IMG/VR virus record: IMGVR_UViG_3300012929_000002
DNA length: 61,592 nt
Reading direction: 5' to 3' (one strand)
Origin: a virus
Under the pieces are notes generated by a model, which saw nothing but the letters and a program-made list of their open reading frames with translations, did no database searches and had not been told where the DNA came from. The position numbers and the translations under genes are program-made. How positions within the stretch are numbered: position 1 is the stretch's first letter; each line of letters opens with the position of its first letter. Of the stretch, positions 25,704-33,767 are shown one piece after another.

Positions 25704-25877
25704 ATGGGTTTTATTCCAAGGCTCAGTGGCGATAGCTACTTCTTCGCTAACAAGAAGCTGGCGGCCAAGTACGCTCACAATGCAGCGCACGCCACTCAGG
25801 CACGCGGAGGCGGCCCTAAGGTAGCCTTCCGTAGGTTGCCTCGTAAACTACATCCGGGGAAGAGGGTGGCTCGATGA
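25704..25877 (+). CDS. Small basic protein (57 aa; see the recoding note for 25655..25735)
   Basis: In frame within track ORF 25632..25877. ATGA coupling to the next gene. Confidence 0.4.
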   Translation: MGFIPRLSGDSYFFANKKLAAKYAHNAAHATQARGGGPKVAFRRLPRKLHPGKRVAR

Positions 25878-26239
25878 GCTTCACACCTTCCCTGCATCCC
25901 AGAGATCTATTGGGTCAGTTCAGTGGAGTCAGCGGGAGTAATAAGCGCCTCAAGAAGATCCATAAGTCTAAGGCGAAGCTCCAGGCGGCTCAGTCCAACT
26001 TTGTGGCGACAGCCAGTGTGCGCACCGTGGGCGGAGGGCGTAGGCCGCTCACTACGGCGGAAGCGCGCAGGTTCCTCAACGACACTAACGTCAGCGTCAA
26101 TAGGGTGCAGGGCGCTACGTCTGCTCGGCGGAGTGCGGCCAAGAAAGTTATGATCGCTCGGAGCGCGCATCTGAAGAACTTCGGGCGTAAGCCACGTCCG
26201 CTGCCTAGGGTTCGTAATGCCGGCAGGAGGCTAAAGTGA
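25874..26239 (+). CDS. Basic protein with HPRDxxGxF motif (121 aa)
   Basis: Track ORF with ATGA overlap. N-terminal SLHPRDLLGQF. Arg/Lys-rich. Confidence 0.6.
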   Translation: MSFTPSLHPRDLLGQFSGVSGSNKRLKKIHKSKAKLQAAQSNFVATASVRTVGGGRRPLTTAEARRFLNDTNVSVNRVQGATSARRSAAKKVMIARSAHLKNFGRKPRPLPRVRNAGRRLK

Positions 26240-26282
26240 CAGGATCGCTCGCCTTTAGTTCCTTCGGAACGGAGGCTCACTA

Positions 26283-26858
26283 ATGCCACTCCCAGCTATT
26301 ATCGGTGGTATCGCTGCGGCGAGGGCGGCGCACGGCATCTGGAACGCGAGCCGGCATCCTAGAGGCGAGGGCGGTCGGTTTGTTCCGGCAGGGAAGTTTA
26401 GCTATCGGGTGTCTACTCGTAGCGCTACTGTTCACTACGGGCACACATTTCCTCTTATCCCTGGTAAAGCTAATCTATACGTCGGGGCTCTGGCTCGAGT
26501 GGAACGGACTAGAGGACACGAGACGGCCGTGGAGAAAAAGATTAGGGCACGCGGCAAACAGCTCACGGAAAAGTTACCGGCCAAATTCCAGAGCGTTTTA
26601 AGTAAGGGCGGATACGAAAGTCCAAGCGGCACTACTATCAGTTTTAGTAAGCCCAAGATTCGTCAGCCACAGATTAGGGCCAGCAGGCGGATAGGAACAG
26701 TGGGTAAGGCTCCAGCTAAAATGCCGATCACGGGTGGTGGCACGGGAGTGCGTCAAGTTCGTAGCCCCAATCGCAAGCCGAGGACCAGGAGCATCACTCC
26801 GGCGACTGTTGCCCAGCCAACTCTCAGTAAGGCCACGGGGAAGAAGGTGAAGAAGTAA
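26283..26858 (+). CDS. Basic protein with HPRGxxGRF motif (191 aa)
   Basis: GGAGG RBS. SRHPRGEGGRFVPAG near the N-terminus. Arg/Lys-rich throughout. Confidence 0.6.
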   Translation: MPLPAIIGGIAAARAAHGIWNASRHPRGEGGRFVPAGKFSYRVSTRSATVHYGHTFPLIPGKANLYVGALARVERTRGHETAVEKKIRARGKQLTEKLPAKFQSVLSKGGYESPSGTTISFSKPKIRQPQIRASRRIGTVGKAPAKMPITGGGTGVRQVRSPNRKPRTRSITPATVAQPTLSKATGKKVKK

Positions 26859-26932
26859 TGGGCGGTAAGCCGAGCAAGGGAACACCGAAGGATAAGCGCC
26901 TCGGGAAGAAGAGTAAGAAGAAGGGATACTAA
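26858..26932 (+). CDS. Basic micro-ORF (24 aa, MGGKPSKGTPKDKRLGKKSKKKGY)
   Basis: TAATG overlap with the upstream stop. 10 of 24 residues are K/R. Confidence 0.35.
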   Translation: MGGKPSKGTPKDKRLGKKSKKKGY

Positions 26933-26934
26933 GG

Positions 26935-27069
26935 ATGGCAAGCGCGAAGCAACTCGCGGCCCGCAAGGCTTTTGCAGCGAGAGCCAAAGCTCGGGCCGGC
27001 AAGAGTGGAAAGAAGAAGGTCGGCAAGAAGCCGGCGTTTCTGCTCAAGGGTAAGAGGAAAGGAAAGTAA
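26935..27069 (+). CDS. Basic micro-ORF (44 aa, MASAKQLAARKAFAARAKARAGKSGKKKVGKKPAFLLKGKRKGK)
   Basis: ATG lies 2 nt after the previous stop. 17 of 44 residues are K/R. Its stop is 1 nt before the JAB gene start. Confidence 0.4.
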   Translation: MASAKQLAARKAFAARAKARAGKSGKKKVGKKPAFLLKGKRKGK

Positions 27070-27070
27070 C

Positions 27071-27481
27071 ATGAGGCCGGAGACCCAGGAGTCCATGCCA
27101 CATGACATTGCTCACGAATTGCGCAGTCTTATTCCGCAAGTAGGTCCTGGAGTTTTTGAGCGTTGCGGATTTATTCTAGTGGACGCTAGCAGGAACTGGA
27201 AGATTATTGAGATAGAAAATAGAAGCGCTAATCCAGGTGAGTTTGTTATGGCTATAGAAGATCTTTCCCGACTATGGAATTCATACGGGACAGAGCTGAT
27301 CGGGGTATGGCATACTCATCCTCGTGGAGATAGAAGGCCGAGCGAGAAGGATGTCCAGTGGGCGCCTCCGGATCTTAGATACTGGATAGTGACGGAGTGG
27401 GGAGTGTCGGAATACGATATGGCTCAGAGTCCTGTGAAATGTATTGCTTATCATGGGATGCCGGATAATGGACGCTCGTGA
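27071..27481 (+). CDS. JAB/MPN (JAMM) metallopeptidase
   Basis: Complete JAMM motif: upstream Glu (FERCGFIL) plus HTHPRGDRRPSEKD (HxHx7Sx2D). In frame within track ORF 26972..27481. Confidence 0.7.
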   Translation: MRPETQESMPHDIAHELRSLIPQVGPGVFERCGFILVDASRNWKIIEIENRSANPGEFVMAIEDLSRLWNSYGTELIGVWHTHPRGDRRPSEKDVQWAPPDLRYWIVTEWGVSEYDMAQSPVKCIAYHGMPDNGRS

Positions 27482-28346
27482 GATCTGGCTGAAGCCGTAT
27501 CTTTCAATCCAGGGTACGTATGACACCAAGATTCTTATGGTCCTGAATTCAGCCGCTGCCAGCGCGGCAAAAGCCGTGAAGGGTCTGGCCGGTAAGGAAG
27601 GTATAGGAGCAACTGTACGGAGGGCGCAGCTTACTCAGATAGAGACGGCCCTGCATCGAATAATGCATCAGCTATTCAAAGATGTTGGAGACATCACTTC
27701 TGCCGGTCAGCACCTGGCCGCAGCTCGGGCATTATCAGCAGGTTTTGACTGGGATAGCATCCTATTGCACTCGGTATACGGTAGCGACCCGAAGCGCCGG
27801 GAAGTGATGAGGCGTAATCTGGTAGCGCAGGCTCCTAGGAATATAGAAGCGCTAATCATCAGGCTTAGGCGAGGCGGACTGCCTTTGAGCCAGCAGGTAT
27901 ACCGATCTATGGCGCTATCTCAGGGATGGGTAAACGCGGCTATTAGTAATGCTCTCGGCCGAGGAGCCAGTTGGTCTGAGCTGGCTAATGACGTTCGTAA
28001 GTTTATAGATCCCGCTACGCCTGGCGGAGTTAGCTATGCGGCCAAGAGACTGGCTCGTACCGAGATTAACAACGCCTATCACGCCGTGGCGATTCAAGAT
28101 ATGGCCGGGAAGCCGTGGGTTAAGCAAGTTCAGTGGCGACTAAGCAATAGTCATTCTAAGCTGGATATTTGCAATGTGTACGCGAGCCGTAAGTACACTC
28201 CGCAGGATGTACCGGCTAAGCCGCACCCGCAATGTTTCTGTTACGTGGTCCCAGTATTGATTAGCAGTCGGGAATTTCTGGCCGCCTGGCAGGCCGGGAG
28301 ATATGACGACTATCTAGCCGCGACCTATGGTAAGGCTGCCGCCTAG
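27468..28346 (+). CDS. MuF-like head morphogenesis protein (SPP1 gp7 family)
   Basis: RLARTEINNAYH and KPHPQCFCYVVPV motifs. The track ORF begins at 27444. The ATG at 27468 overlaps the JAB 3' end. Confidence 0.8.
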   Translation: MDAREIWLKPYLSIQGTYDTKILMVLNSAAASAAKAVKGLAGKEGIGATVRRAQLTQIETALHRIMHQLFKDVGDITSAGQHLAAARALSAGFDWDSILLHSVYGSDPKRREVMRRNLVAQAPRNIEALIIRLRRGGLPLSQQVYRSMALSQGWVNAAISNALGRGASWSELANDVRKFIDPATPGGVSYAAKRLARTEINNAYHAVAIQDMAGKPWVKQVQWRLSNSHSKLDICNVYASRKYTPQDVPAKPHPQCFCYVVPVLISSREFLAAWQAGRYDDYLAATYGKAAA

Positions 28347-28375
28347 TTAAGCCGCGATGTGCTAGAATTCAGCGC

Positions 28376-29059
28376 ATGAACATTCACGCGGGGCTGTGCC
28401 CCGACCTCGTCCGGTTGTGCCGGCGAGTTCCTGTCTGGGTTTCCGTTGGCATCTCCGGCGCCGAGGGCGAAGGCTCTGGAACTGGTGACGGTAACGGTGA
28501 CAACGCAGACGGAGAAACCCCGAGGGAGAAGGCCCTTCGGGAAGAGAAAGACAGGCATTTCGCTAAGGCTAGGGAAGCCAAGGAAAAGCTTGAAGCTGCC
28601 GAGGCCACTCTGGCAGAAGTGAATGCCCGCCTCAAGGAAATTGAGGACAAGGATAAGAGCGAAACGGAAAAGGCCAAGTCCGATGCCGAGGCTGCGCTTA
28701 CGGCAAAGGAAAAGGCTGACGCGGATCTAGTCGCTGCCCAGAAGAAGAATGACGAGCTTCAGATCCAGATTGCGTTCCTGGCGAGTAGCAAGTACACCTG
28801 GCATGACGCCGGTGTCGCACTACAGCTAGTGAACGGCTTTGGCGAGATAGAGGTTAAAGACGGTGAGGTAAAGGGGCTGGACAAGGCGATCGATAAGATG
28901 GCCAAGGACAAGCCTTTCCTAGTGAAGTCTGGGGGCACTGCGGCTGGTGGAGTAAGCGGTCAGCAGCCCAACGGATCCAGTACTCGACCTGCCGGACAAG
29001 AGGGAATCACAAACGCTCAGAAAGCTGAATTAGCAACGAAGTACAACATCCCCCGCTAG
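28376..29059 (+). CDS. Scaffolding protein
   Basis: Ala/Glu/Lys-rich coiled-coil-like sequence between MuF and the capsid gene. Start uncertain. Confidence 0.6.
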   Translation: MNIHAGLCPDLVRLCRRVPVWVSVGISGAEGEGSGTGDGNGDNADGETPREKALREEKDRHFAKAREAKEKLEAAEATLAEVNARLKEIEDKDKSETEKAKSDAEAALTAKEKADADLVAAQKKNDELQIQIAFLASSKYTWHDAGVALQLVNGFGEIEVKDGEVKGLDKAIDKMAKDKPFLVKSGGTAAGGVSGQQPNGSSTRPAGQEGITNAQKAELATKYNIPR

Positions 29060-29096
29060 TTGGTTATAGCGGGCATGGCGAAAAGTTAGGAGCGGC

Positions 29097-29537
29097 ATGG
29101 CCCGCTATGATAAGTACAATCCGGTTTCGGGAGGGTTCCGAGCCGTACTGGCGGCGGACTACGCTCCCGGCGCCGCTAACCCGGCCGACCCGCTGAACCC
29201 GGCTAACTTCAACAAGGTCTTCCCAGCGCAGATGGATACTACCGGTGCTATTCTGGCTCCGGCGGCTGCGGTCTTCGGCAAGTTCGTCGGAGTCTTCATC
29301 ATCAGCGGTCTGATCAAGTATGCCGGTGATGTTATTGACATCATGACGGCTGGTGAGATTGTGGACTTTGACGACGGCAAGCAAGCCGGTGTCGTGGCTA
29401 ACCAAGCTTGGTACGCCGACCCGGCGACGGGCCTGCTCACCCTTACTCCTCCCGGTTCTGGCGTGAATGGCTTTTACGTCGGTAACACGGTGGAAGCTGG
29501 CCGCCTGATCGTTCGCTGTCAGAAGGTGCAACTGTGA
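29097..29537 (+). CDS. Head-associated protein (possible decoration/DUF2190-like)
   Basis: AGGAG RBS. Lies between the scaffold and capsid genes. The function is guessed from position. Confidence 0.4.
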   Translation: MARYDKYNPVSGGFRAVLAADYAPGAANPADPLNPANFNKVFPAQMDTTGAILAPAAAVFGKFVGVFIISGLIKYAGDVIDIMTAGEIVDFDDGKQAGVVANQAWYADPATGLLTLTPPGSGVNGFYVGNTVEAGRLIVRCQKVQL

Positions 29538-30736
29538 AGACTGCATACAGTATCAATCGCCGAACCGGCGAACTCACGCCTGGCTGGGTCCTCGGCGGTA
29601 TTCGAGGCGCGGAGCACGGCTACAACGCCGAAGGTGATATCCTTAACGTCACGGCGGATGGCCGCGATATCACTGGTCTCTGGACGGAGTTTCAGCAGAC
29701 GCTGGCCATTTATAACGAGCGTCGTACTACGCTGGTCGGCATCCTCACGTTCCCGATTCAGCAACTCGTTGAGGACGTTCCTGTTATCGGCGAGACGAAC
29801 TTCGAGCTCGCGTCTGAGTTCGGTGTGCCGGTGGGCGTGCGGCCGCGAGTGCAGTACAACAGTCTGGCGTACGACTTCCATGACTACGATGTCGCTAGTC
29901 GGTTTACCTGGAAGTTCATCAGGGACGCTAGCGCTCAGCAGGTGGAGGCTGTTCATCAGCAGATTCTGAACGCCGATAATCGCCTCCTATTCCGCAAGGT
30001 AATGGAAGCGATCTTCGACAATCGGGATCGTAGTACGCTGGTCAATCGGACTGCGTATACGGTGGTTCCACTTTACAACGCTGACGGTGTTGTTCCTCCG
30101 CCCTACAAGAACACTACGTTCGCGGGCAGTCATAGTCACTACCTGGTTAGTGGCGCCGCTAACATCGATAGCGACGACGTCATGGCGCTTTACAATCTGG
30201 TGGCCGAGCACGGTTACGGCATTGAACAGGGGACGACGTTCGTTCTCTTGTGTAACCAGGCCGAAGTCGATAAGATTCGTACCTGGCGAGCCGGAGTCGT
30301 TAACGCCAACGGTGTCACAGCCAACTACGACTTCATCCCTTCGGCCAGTCAGCCGACGATCATCCTACCTAACGCGGAGGGCTTGCTCGGTAGTCAGCCG
30401 CCGAGTATCTGGAACGGTCTGCCCGTCGTGGGGTCTTACGCGGACATCTTAATCGTCCACGAAGACTACATCCCGGCCGGCTATCCGTTGCTGCTGGGCA
30501 GCGGCGGGAACGGCAATCTCCAGAATCCGGTCGGTCTGCGGGAACACGCGAATCCGGCGTACCGGGGTCTGCGCCTGCTGCCGGGTAATAACCAGGCGTA
30601 TCCGCTGATCGACAGCTACTATGCTCGCGCTTTTGGCACGGGTGTACGGCAGCGCGGCGGCGCGGCAGTGCTGATGGTCGGCACCGGCAGTTACGTCATT
30701 CCTCCGCAGTACATCAAGGGTGGTGCTCTCGGATGA
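29534..30736 (+). CDS. Major capsid protein
   Basis: 400 aa. GTGA coupling to the upstream gene. Position after the scaffold. Confidence 0.7.
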   Translation: MKTAYSINRRTGELTPGWVLGGIRGAEHGYNAEGDILNVTADGRDITGLWTEFQQTLAIYNERRTTLVGILTFPIQQLVEDVPVIGETNFELASEFGVPVGVRPRVQYNSLAYDFHDYDVASRFTWKFIRDASAQQVEAVHQQILNADNRLLFRKVMEAIFDNRDRSTLVNRTAYTVVPLYNADGVVPPPYKNTTFAGSHSHYLVSGAANIDSDDVMALYNLVAEHGYGIEQGTTFVLLCNQAEVDKIRTWRAGVVNANGVTANYDFIPSASQPTIILPNAEGLLGSQPPSIWNGLPVVGSYADILIVHEDYIPAGYPLLLGSGGNGNLQNPVGLREHANPAYRGLRLLPGNNQAYPLIDSYYARAFGTGVRQRGGAAVLMVGTGSYVIPPQYIKGGALG

Positions 30737-31062
30737 GCGTGAAGATCGATCTCACCAAACCCCTGACCGAAGAGCACGTGGAATACCTTCGGGCGCGGGG
30801 AGCCTGGGGCGAGCGGCAGCTCGCCGAGAACAAGGCGTTGTTGAGTCAGCAGGAATTTTACGCCGCTAAGGAGCGCCCGGAGCCGGACGAGATGTCGGTC
30901 GAGGAAAAGGTAAAGCTCTTGGAAGAGGCCGAGGTGTGGATTACAAACGCCAAGGTTCCGGAACTGAAGCAGCGCCTTAGTGAAGAAGGTTTGTCAACCG
31001 AGGGGAAGCAGGACGAGTTGCGAACCCGCTTGATGGATCTTGTGACTGAGCGCTACTCGTAG
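30733..31062 (+). CDS. SAP-domain protein (109 aa)
   Basis: ATGA overlap. C-terminal VPELKQRLSEEGLSTEGKQDELRTRLMD fits the SAP helix-extension-helix consensus. Confidence 0.6.
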   Translation: MSVKIDLTKPLTEEHVEYLRARGAWGERQLAENKALLSQQEFYAAKERPEPDEMSVEEKVKLLEEAEVWITNAKVPELKQRLSEEGLSTEGKQDELRTRLMDLVTERYS

Positions 31063-31078
31063 GGGGATTCAGGATCGC

Positions 31079-31109
31079 GGCCCGTGCCTTTCCCCGAGGG
31101 GCACGGGCC
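31079..31109 (+). terminator. Hairpin terminator candidate (GGCCCGTGCC-11 nt-GGCACGGGCC, then GTTCTCC)
   Basis: 10-bp GC stem, 17 nt after the 31062 stop. Confidence 0.55.
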
Positions 31110-31130
31110 GTTCTCCTAGAAGGGAAAGAA

Positions 31131-31454
31131 ATGGCAGACGCGATAGCGGTAACTCAGGCTATGGAGATGCTCGGTCCGGATGCCCCCGCTAATGGTTGGG
31201 ATGAGATTAGGGTCGGGCAAGATCTGGACAATGGTCTTACGATTAATGCCATCGCGCTGGCCTGGTGGCGGGCTCGCATGGCCCAGACAGCCAACATGAT
31301 GGACGTGAGCGAGGCGGGTAGTAGTAGAAGTCTGGGGCAAGCCTGGCAACACGCCCAGGCGATGGTTAACTATTACCAGGCAGAAGTTCTGCGCGAGACT
31401 CCAGTGGATAACCCTCGAGGCACTCTTCGTAGCTATCCCATGAGGAGGGTCTGA
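31131..31454 (+). CDS. Head-tail connector protein (positional call)
   Basis: Track ORF after the capsid-module terminator. GAAGGGAAAG upstream. Confidence 0.45.
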   Translation: MADAIAVTQAMEMLGPDAPANGWDEIRVGQDLDNGLTINAIALAWWRARMAQTANMMDVSEAGSSRSLGQAWQHAQAMVNYYQAEVLRETPVDNPRGTLRSYPMRRV

Positions 31455-31849
31455 TGTTGTGGGATAGGACAGAGGAGATAAAGATACAGCGCTCCACTAC
31501 CCTGTCCTTCATAAACGCTGATCCGATCACGGTAGTGTTAATTCCTAGGGTTAAGACGGCTGTCAGAGGTGTCGTCGAATTTGTAGACGATAGCCCGAGA
31601 AGCCCTCAGGTAATGAAGCTAATAATGCAGTCTGCGGCTGGCGGAAGTATAGAACAGCACACGGGAGACGGAACCGAACGTCGCACGGACTTTCAGTTGT
31701 TGGGGGCCTGGGATAGTCTAGGGGATATCGGAGATCATTGGCGAGACTCGAGTGGCCAGTGGTGGGAGATAACGGCTATAGTCCCCGAGAACGGACACGA
31801 GCGTCGCTATGTAGTTGAGTCCTATGGTAAGCATCCGGTCGGCGGTTGA
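31454..31849 (+). CDS. Head-tail adaptor/closure protein (positional call)
   Basis: TGATG overlap. Called from gene order. Confidence 0.45.
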   Translation: MLWDRTEEIKIQRSTTLSFINADPITVVLIPRVKTAVRGVVEFVDDSPRSPQVMKLIMQSAAGGSIEQHTGDGTERRTDFQLLGAWDSLGDIGDHWRDSSGQWWEITAIVPENGHERRYVVESYGKHPVGG

Positions 31850-31850
31850 G

Positions 31851-32213
31851 ATGGCTAACAAAACCAGTTTTGATTTTGAATTAGGAGCCATGGAGGGCAG
31901 GCTCCTCGAGCTGGACGAGAAATTACACGCCGGGATAACCCTGGCAGTGGATGAAGTTGCCGTGTTTGGAACTACATACATGAAGACTACTGCTCCCTGG
32001 CATGATGACACTGGAGCTGCGAGGGCTGGTCTTCATACACTCACTAGTCATCTGGGGAATAGGTGGGAGATAGCTTTTGCGCACGCGGTGAGCTACGGGA
32101 TATGGCTAGAGGTGGCTCATAGCGGAAGATATCAGGTGATTCTACCTAGTGTTAGAGTCGCCATGGATCGTCTAGGGCATCATCTACAGGGGATAATGGG
32201 GCAGATAAAATGA
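31851..32213 (+). CDS. Neck/tail-completion protein, HK97 gp10-like
   Basis: ATG lies 2 nt after the upstream stop. The region ...TAPWHDDTGAARAGL... resembles my memory of gp10-family proteins. Confidence 0.45.
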   Translation: MANKTSFDFELGAMEGRLLELDEKLHAGITLAVDEVAVFGTTYMKTTAPWHDDTGAARAGLHTLTSHLGNRWEIAFAHAVSYGIWLEVAHSGRYQVILPSVRVAMDRLGHHLQGIMGQIK

Positions 32214-32629
32214 GGGATATTCAAGGCGCCCTGTACGGCCTTCTCTCTACTGCTGCTCTGGCCGGAACAGATCCGGCTCTTCTTCAGGAAGACATATACT
32301 TCAATGACAGCCTAGATAGCGCGCCGAAAGACAGGCTCTTCGCTATTATAAGAATGGGAACATGGGAAATTCATAATAGTAGCGGAACACTCGCTCGGCG
32401 GAACTTTAGCGTATGGGTTCATGCTCCTAGACGTCAATGGCTGGATCATTCGGTAACCAGGACCGTTCTGTTACAGCGTGTCGTTCCTATTCTTTTGGGC
32501 GCTACGCAGATATCCGGAAATGATGGAATAATGACCTCTTGCTGTTTCGGCGGGATTAGCGGAGATCTTACTGACGAGGGCTATCAAACAATCACGAATA
32601 ATGCCAGCTTTGAGGCCGGCGTACTGTAG
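32210..32629 (+). CDS. Tail terminator/completion protein (positional call)
   Basis: ATGA overlap. Called from gene order. Confidence 0.4.
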   Translation: MRDIQGALYGLLSTAALAGTDPALLQEDIYFNDSLDSAPKDRLFAIIRMGTWEIHNSSGTLARRNFSVWVHAPRRQWLDHSVTRTVLLQRVVPILLGATQISGNDGIMTSCCFGGISGDLTDEGYQTITNNASFEAGVL

Positions 32630-32654
32630 AATGACGGTAAAGATTGGAGATATA

Positions 32655-32975
32655 ATGGCTACCCTAGACGGTCCAGACGACGCTCAGGCTCTTACTACTC
32701 GTCGTCGGACGAGCAAGCCAGTCGCCCAAGCGGACGGGAGCGTTAAGGAAGAGGCAATTCCTGAGCTGGAGGGCCCCCAGGTCCAGTATATCGGCCCGGC
32801 CTCGAGGCGGATTCTTGGTCCGGACGATTGGGAGACGCTGGGGATTTCTGATGCGGATCACAAGAAGTATGTGTGGGATCTGTCTAACTCCAAGTGCATC
32901 CGCAAGTCTGAGTTTAGTCCTCAGCAGTTGGACTATCTGAGAGTAGACGGACGCTTTCAGATTGACGAAGGGTAG
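32655..32975 (+). CDS. Hypothetical protein (106 aa)
   Basis: GGAGA RBS. In frame within track ORF 32601..32975. Confidence 0.5.
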   Translation: MATLDGPDDAQALTTRRRTSKPVAQADGSVKEEAIPELEGPQVQYIGPASRRILGPDDWETLGISDADHKKYVWDLSNSKCIRKSEFSPQQLDYLRVDGRFQIDEG

Positions 32976-32977
32976 CG

Positions 32978-33211
32978 ATGGACGTCCGGTGTCCCCATAA
33001 GAAGCACGCTGTTCTTGACGACCATCATATCGAAGTCAAGTGCAACAGCCGTTTCTGTGGGGCTGAGCCGGGAGTAGTAGTTCTTCACGTGTTTGATAAA
33101 ATCACGGGGGAGCTATTGAGGACGAGCCGGTTCAAGGATCCGGCCTTTAGATCTAGAAGGAAGGAATCCAGTGCCAGTTCCTCAGAACGTGTCCCTGCCG
33201 TACGGCATTAG
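32978..33211 (+). CDS. Small Com-like zinc-finger-type protein (77 aa)
   Basis: MDVRCPHKKHAVLDDHHIEVKCNSRFCG resembles the Mu Com layout (RCxxC...IEIxCxxC) with degenerate knuckles. Its 3' end overlaps the major tail gene. Confidence 0.4.
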   Translation: MDVRCPHKKHAVLDDHHIEVKCNSRFCGAEPGVVVLHVFDKITGELLRTSRFKDPAFRSRRKESSASSSERVPAVRH

Positions 33212-33737
33212 GGATATCAAGATCACACCTTATAGCGATACTGCCGGCACCATCCTTGGAGCCACGGTCATCGACCTCCCGAACGCTCAGACACTAAGCT
33301 TTAGTGAAGCCGAGAGCTTTGACACATTGAGGGGTGACGACAGGGTCGTCACAACACACGGTCAGGGCAGCACCGTTGACGGCGAGCTGGACGCCGGCGG
33401 TATCAGTCTGGACGCGTGGGCGGCCTTCTGCGGCGGAGTCGTTACCGAGACGGGCGTCACACCCAACCGAATCACAACGATGCGTAAGGCGGCGACCACC
33501 AACCGCCCGTGGTTCCTGGTGGAAGGACAGGCCATCAGCGATAGCGGCGGCGATCTGCACTGCATCATCTGGCGAGTCAGGGCGACGGACGCGATCTCTG
33601 GCGACTTCGCCGACGCTAAGTTCCTTCTAACCACTCTCAAGGTTACCGGCCTGCCGCTTAGCGACGATATTCTGTACGACTTTGTGCAGAACGAAACCGT
33701 GACCGCCATCAGCGCTACCGCCCTAACCCTTCCCTGA
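33171..33737 (+). CDS. Major tail protein
   Basis: 188 aa immediately upstream of the chaperone pair and tape measure. GTG after GAAGGAAGGAA. Confidence 0.55.
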   Translation: MPVPQNVSLPYGIRDIKITPYSDTAGTILGATVIDLPNAQTLSFSEAESFDTLRGDDRVVTTHGQGSTVDGELDAGGISLDAWAAFCGGVVTETGVTPNRITTMRKAATTNRPWFLVEGQAISDSGGDLHCIIWRVRATDAISGDFADAKFLLTTLKVTGLPLSDDILYDFVQNETVTAISATALTLP

Positions 33738-33767
33738 TAGAAATAGCCTAGGAGGACAAGGATCCCA

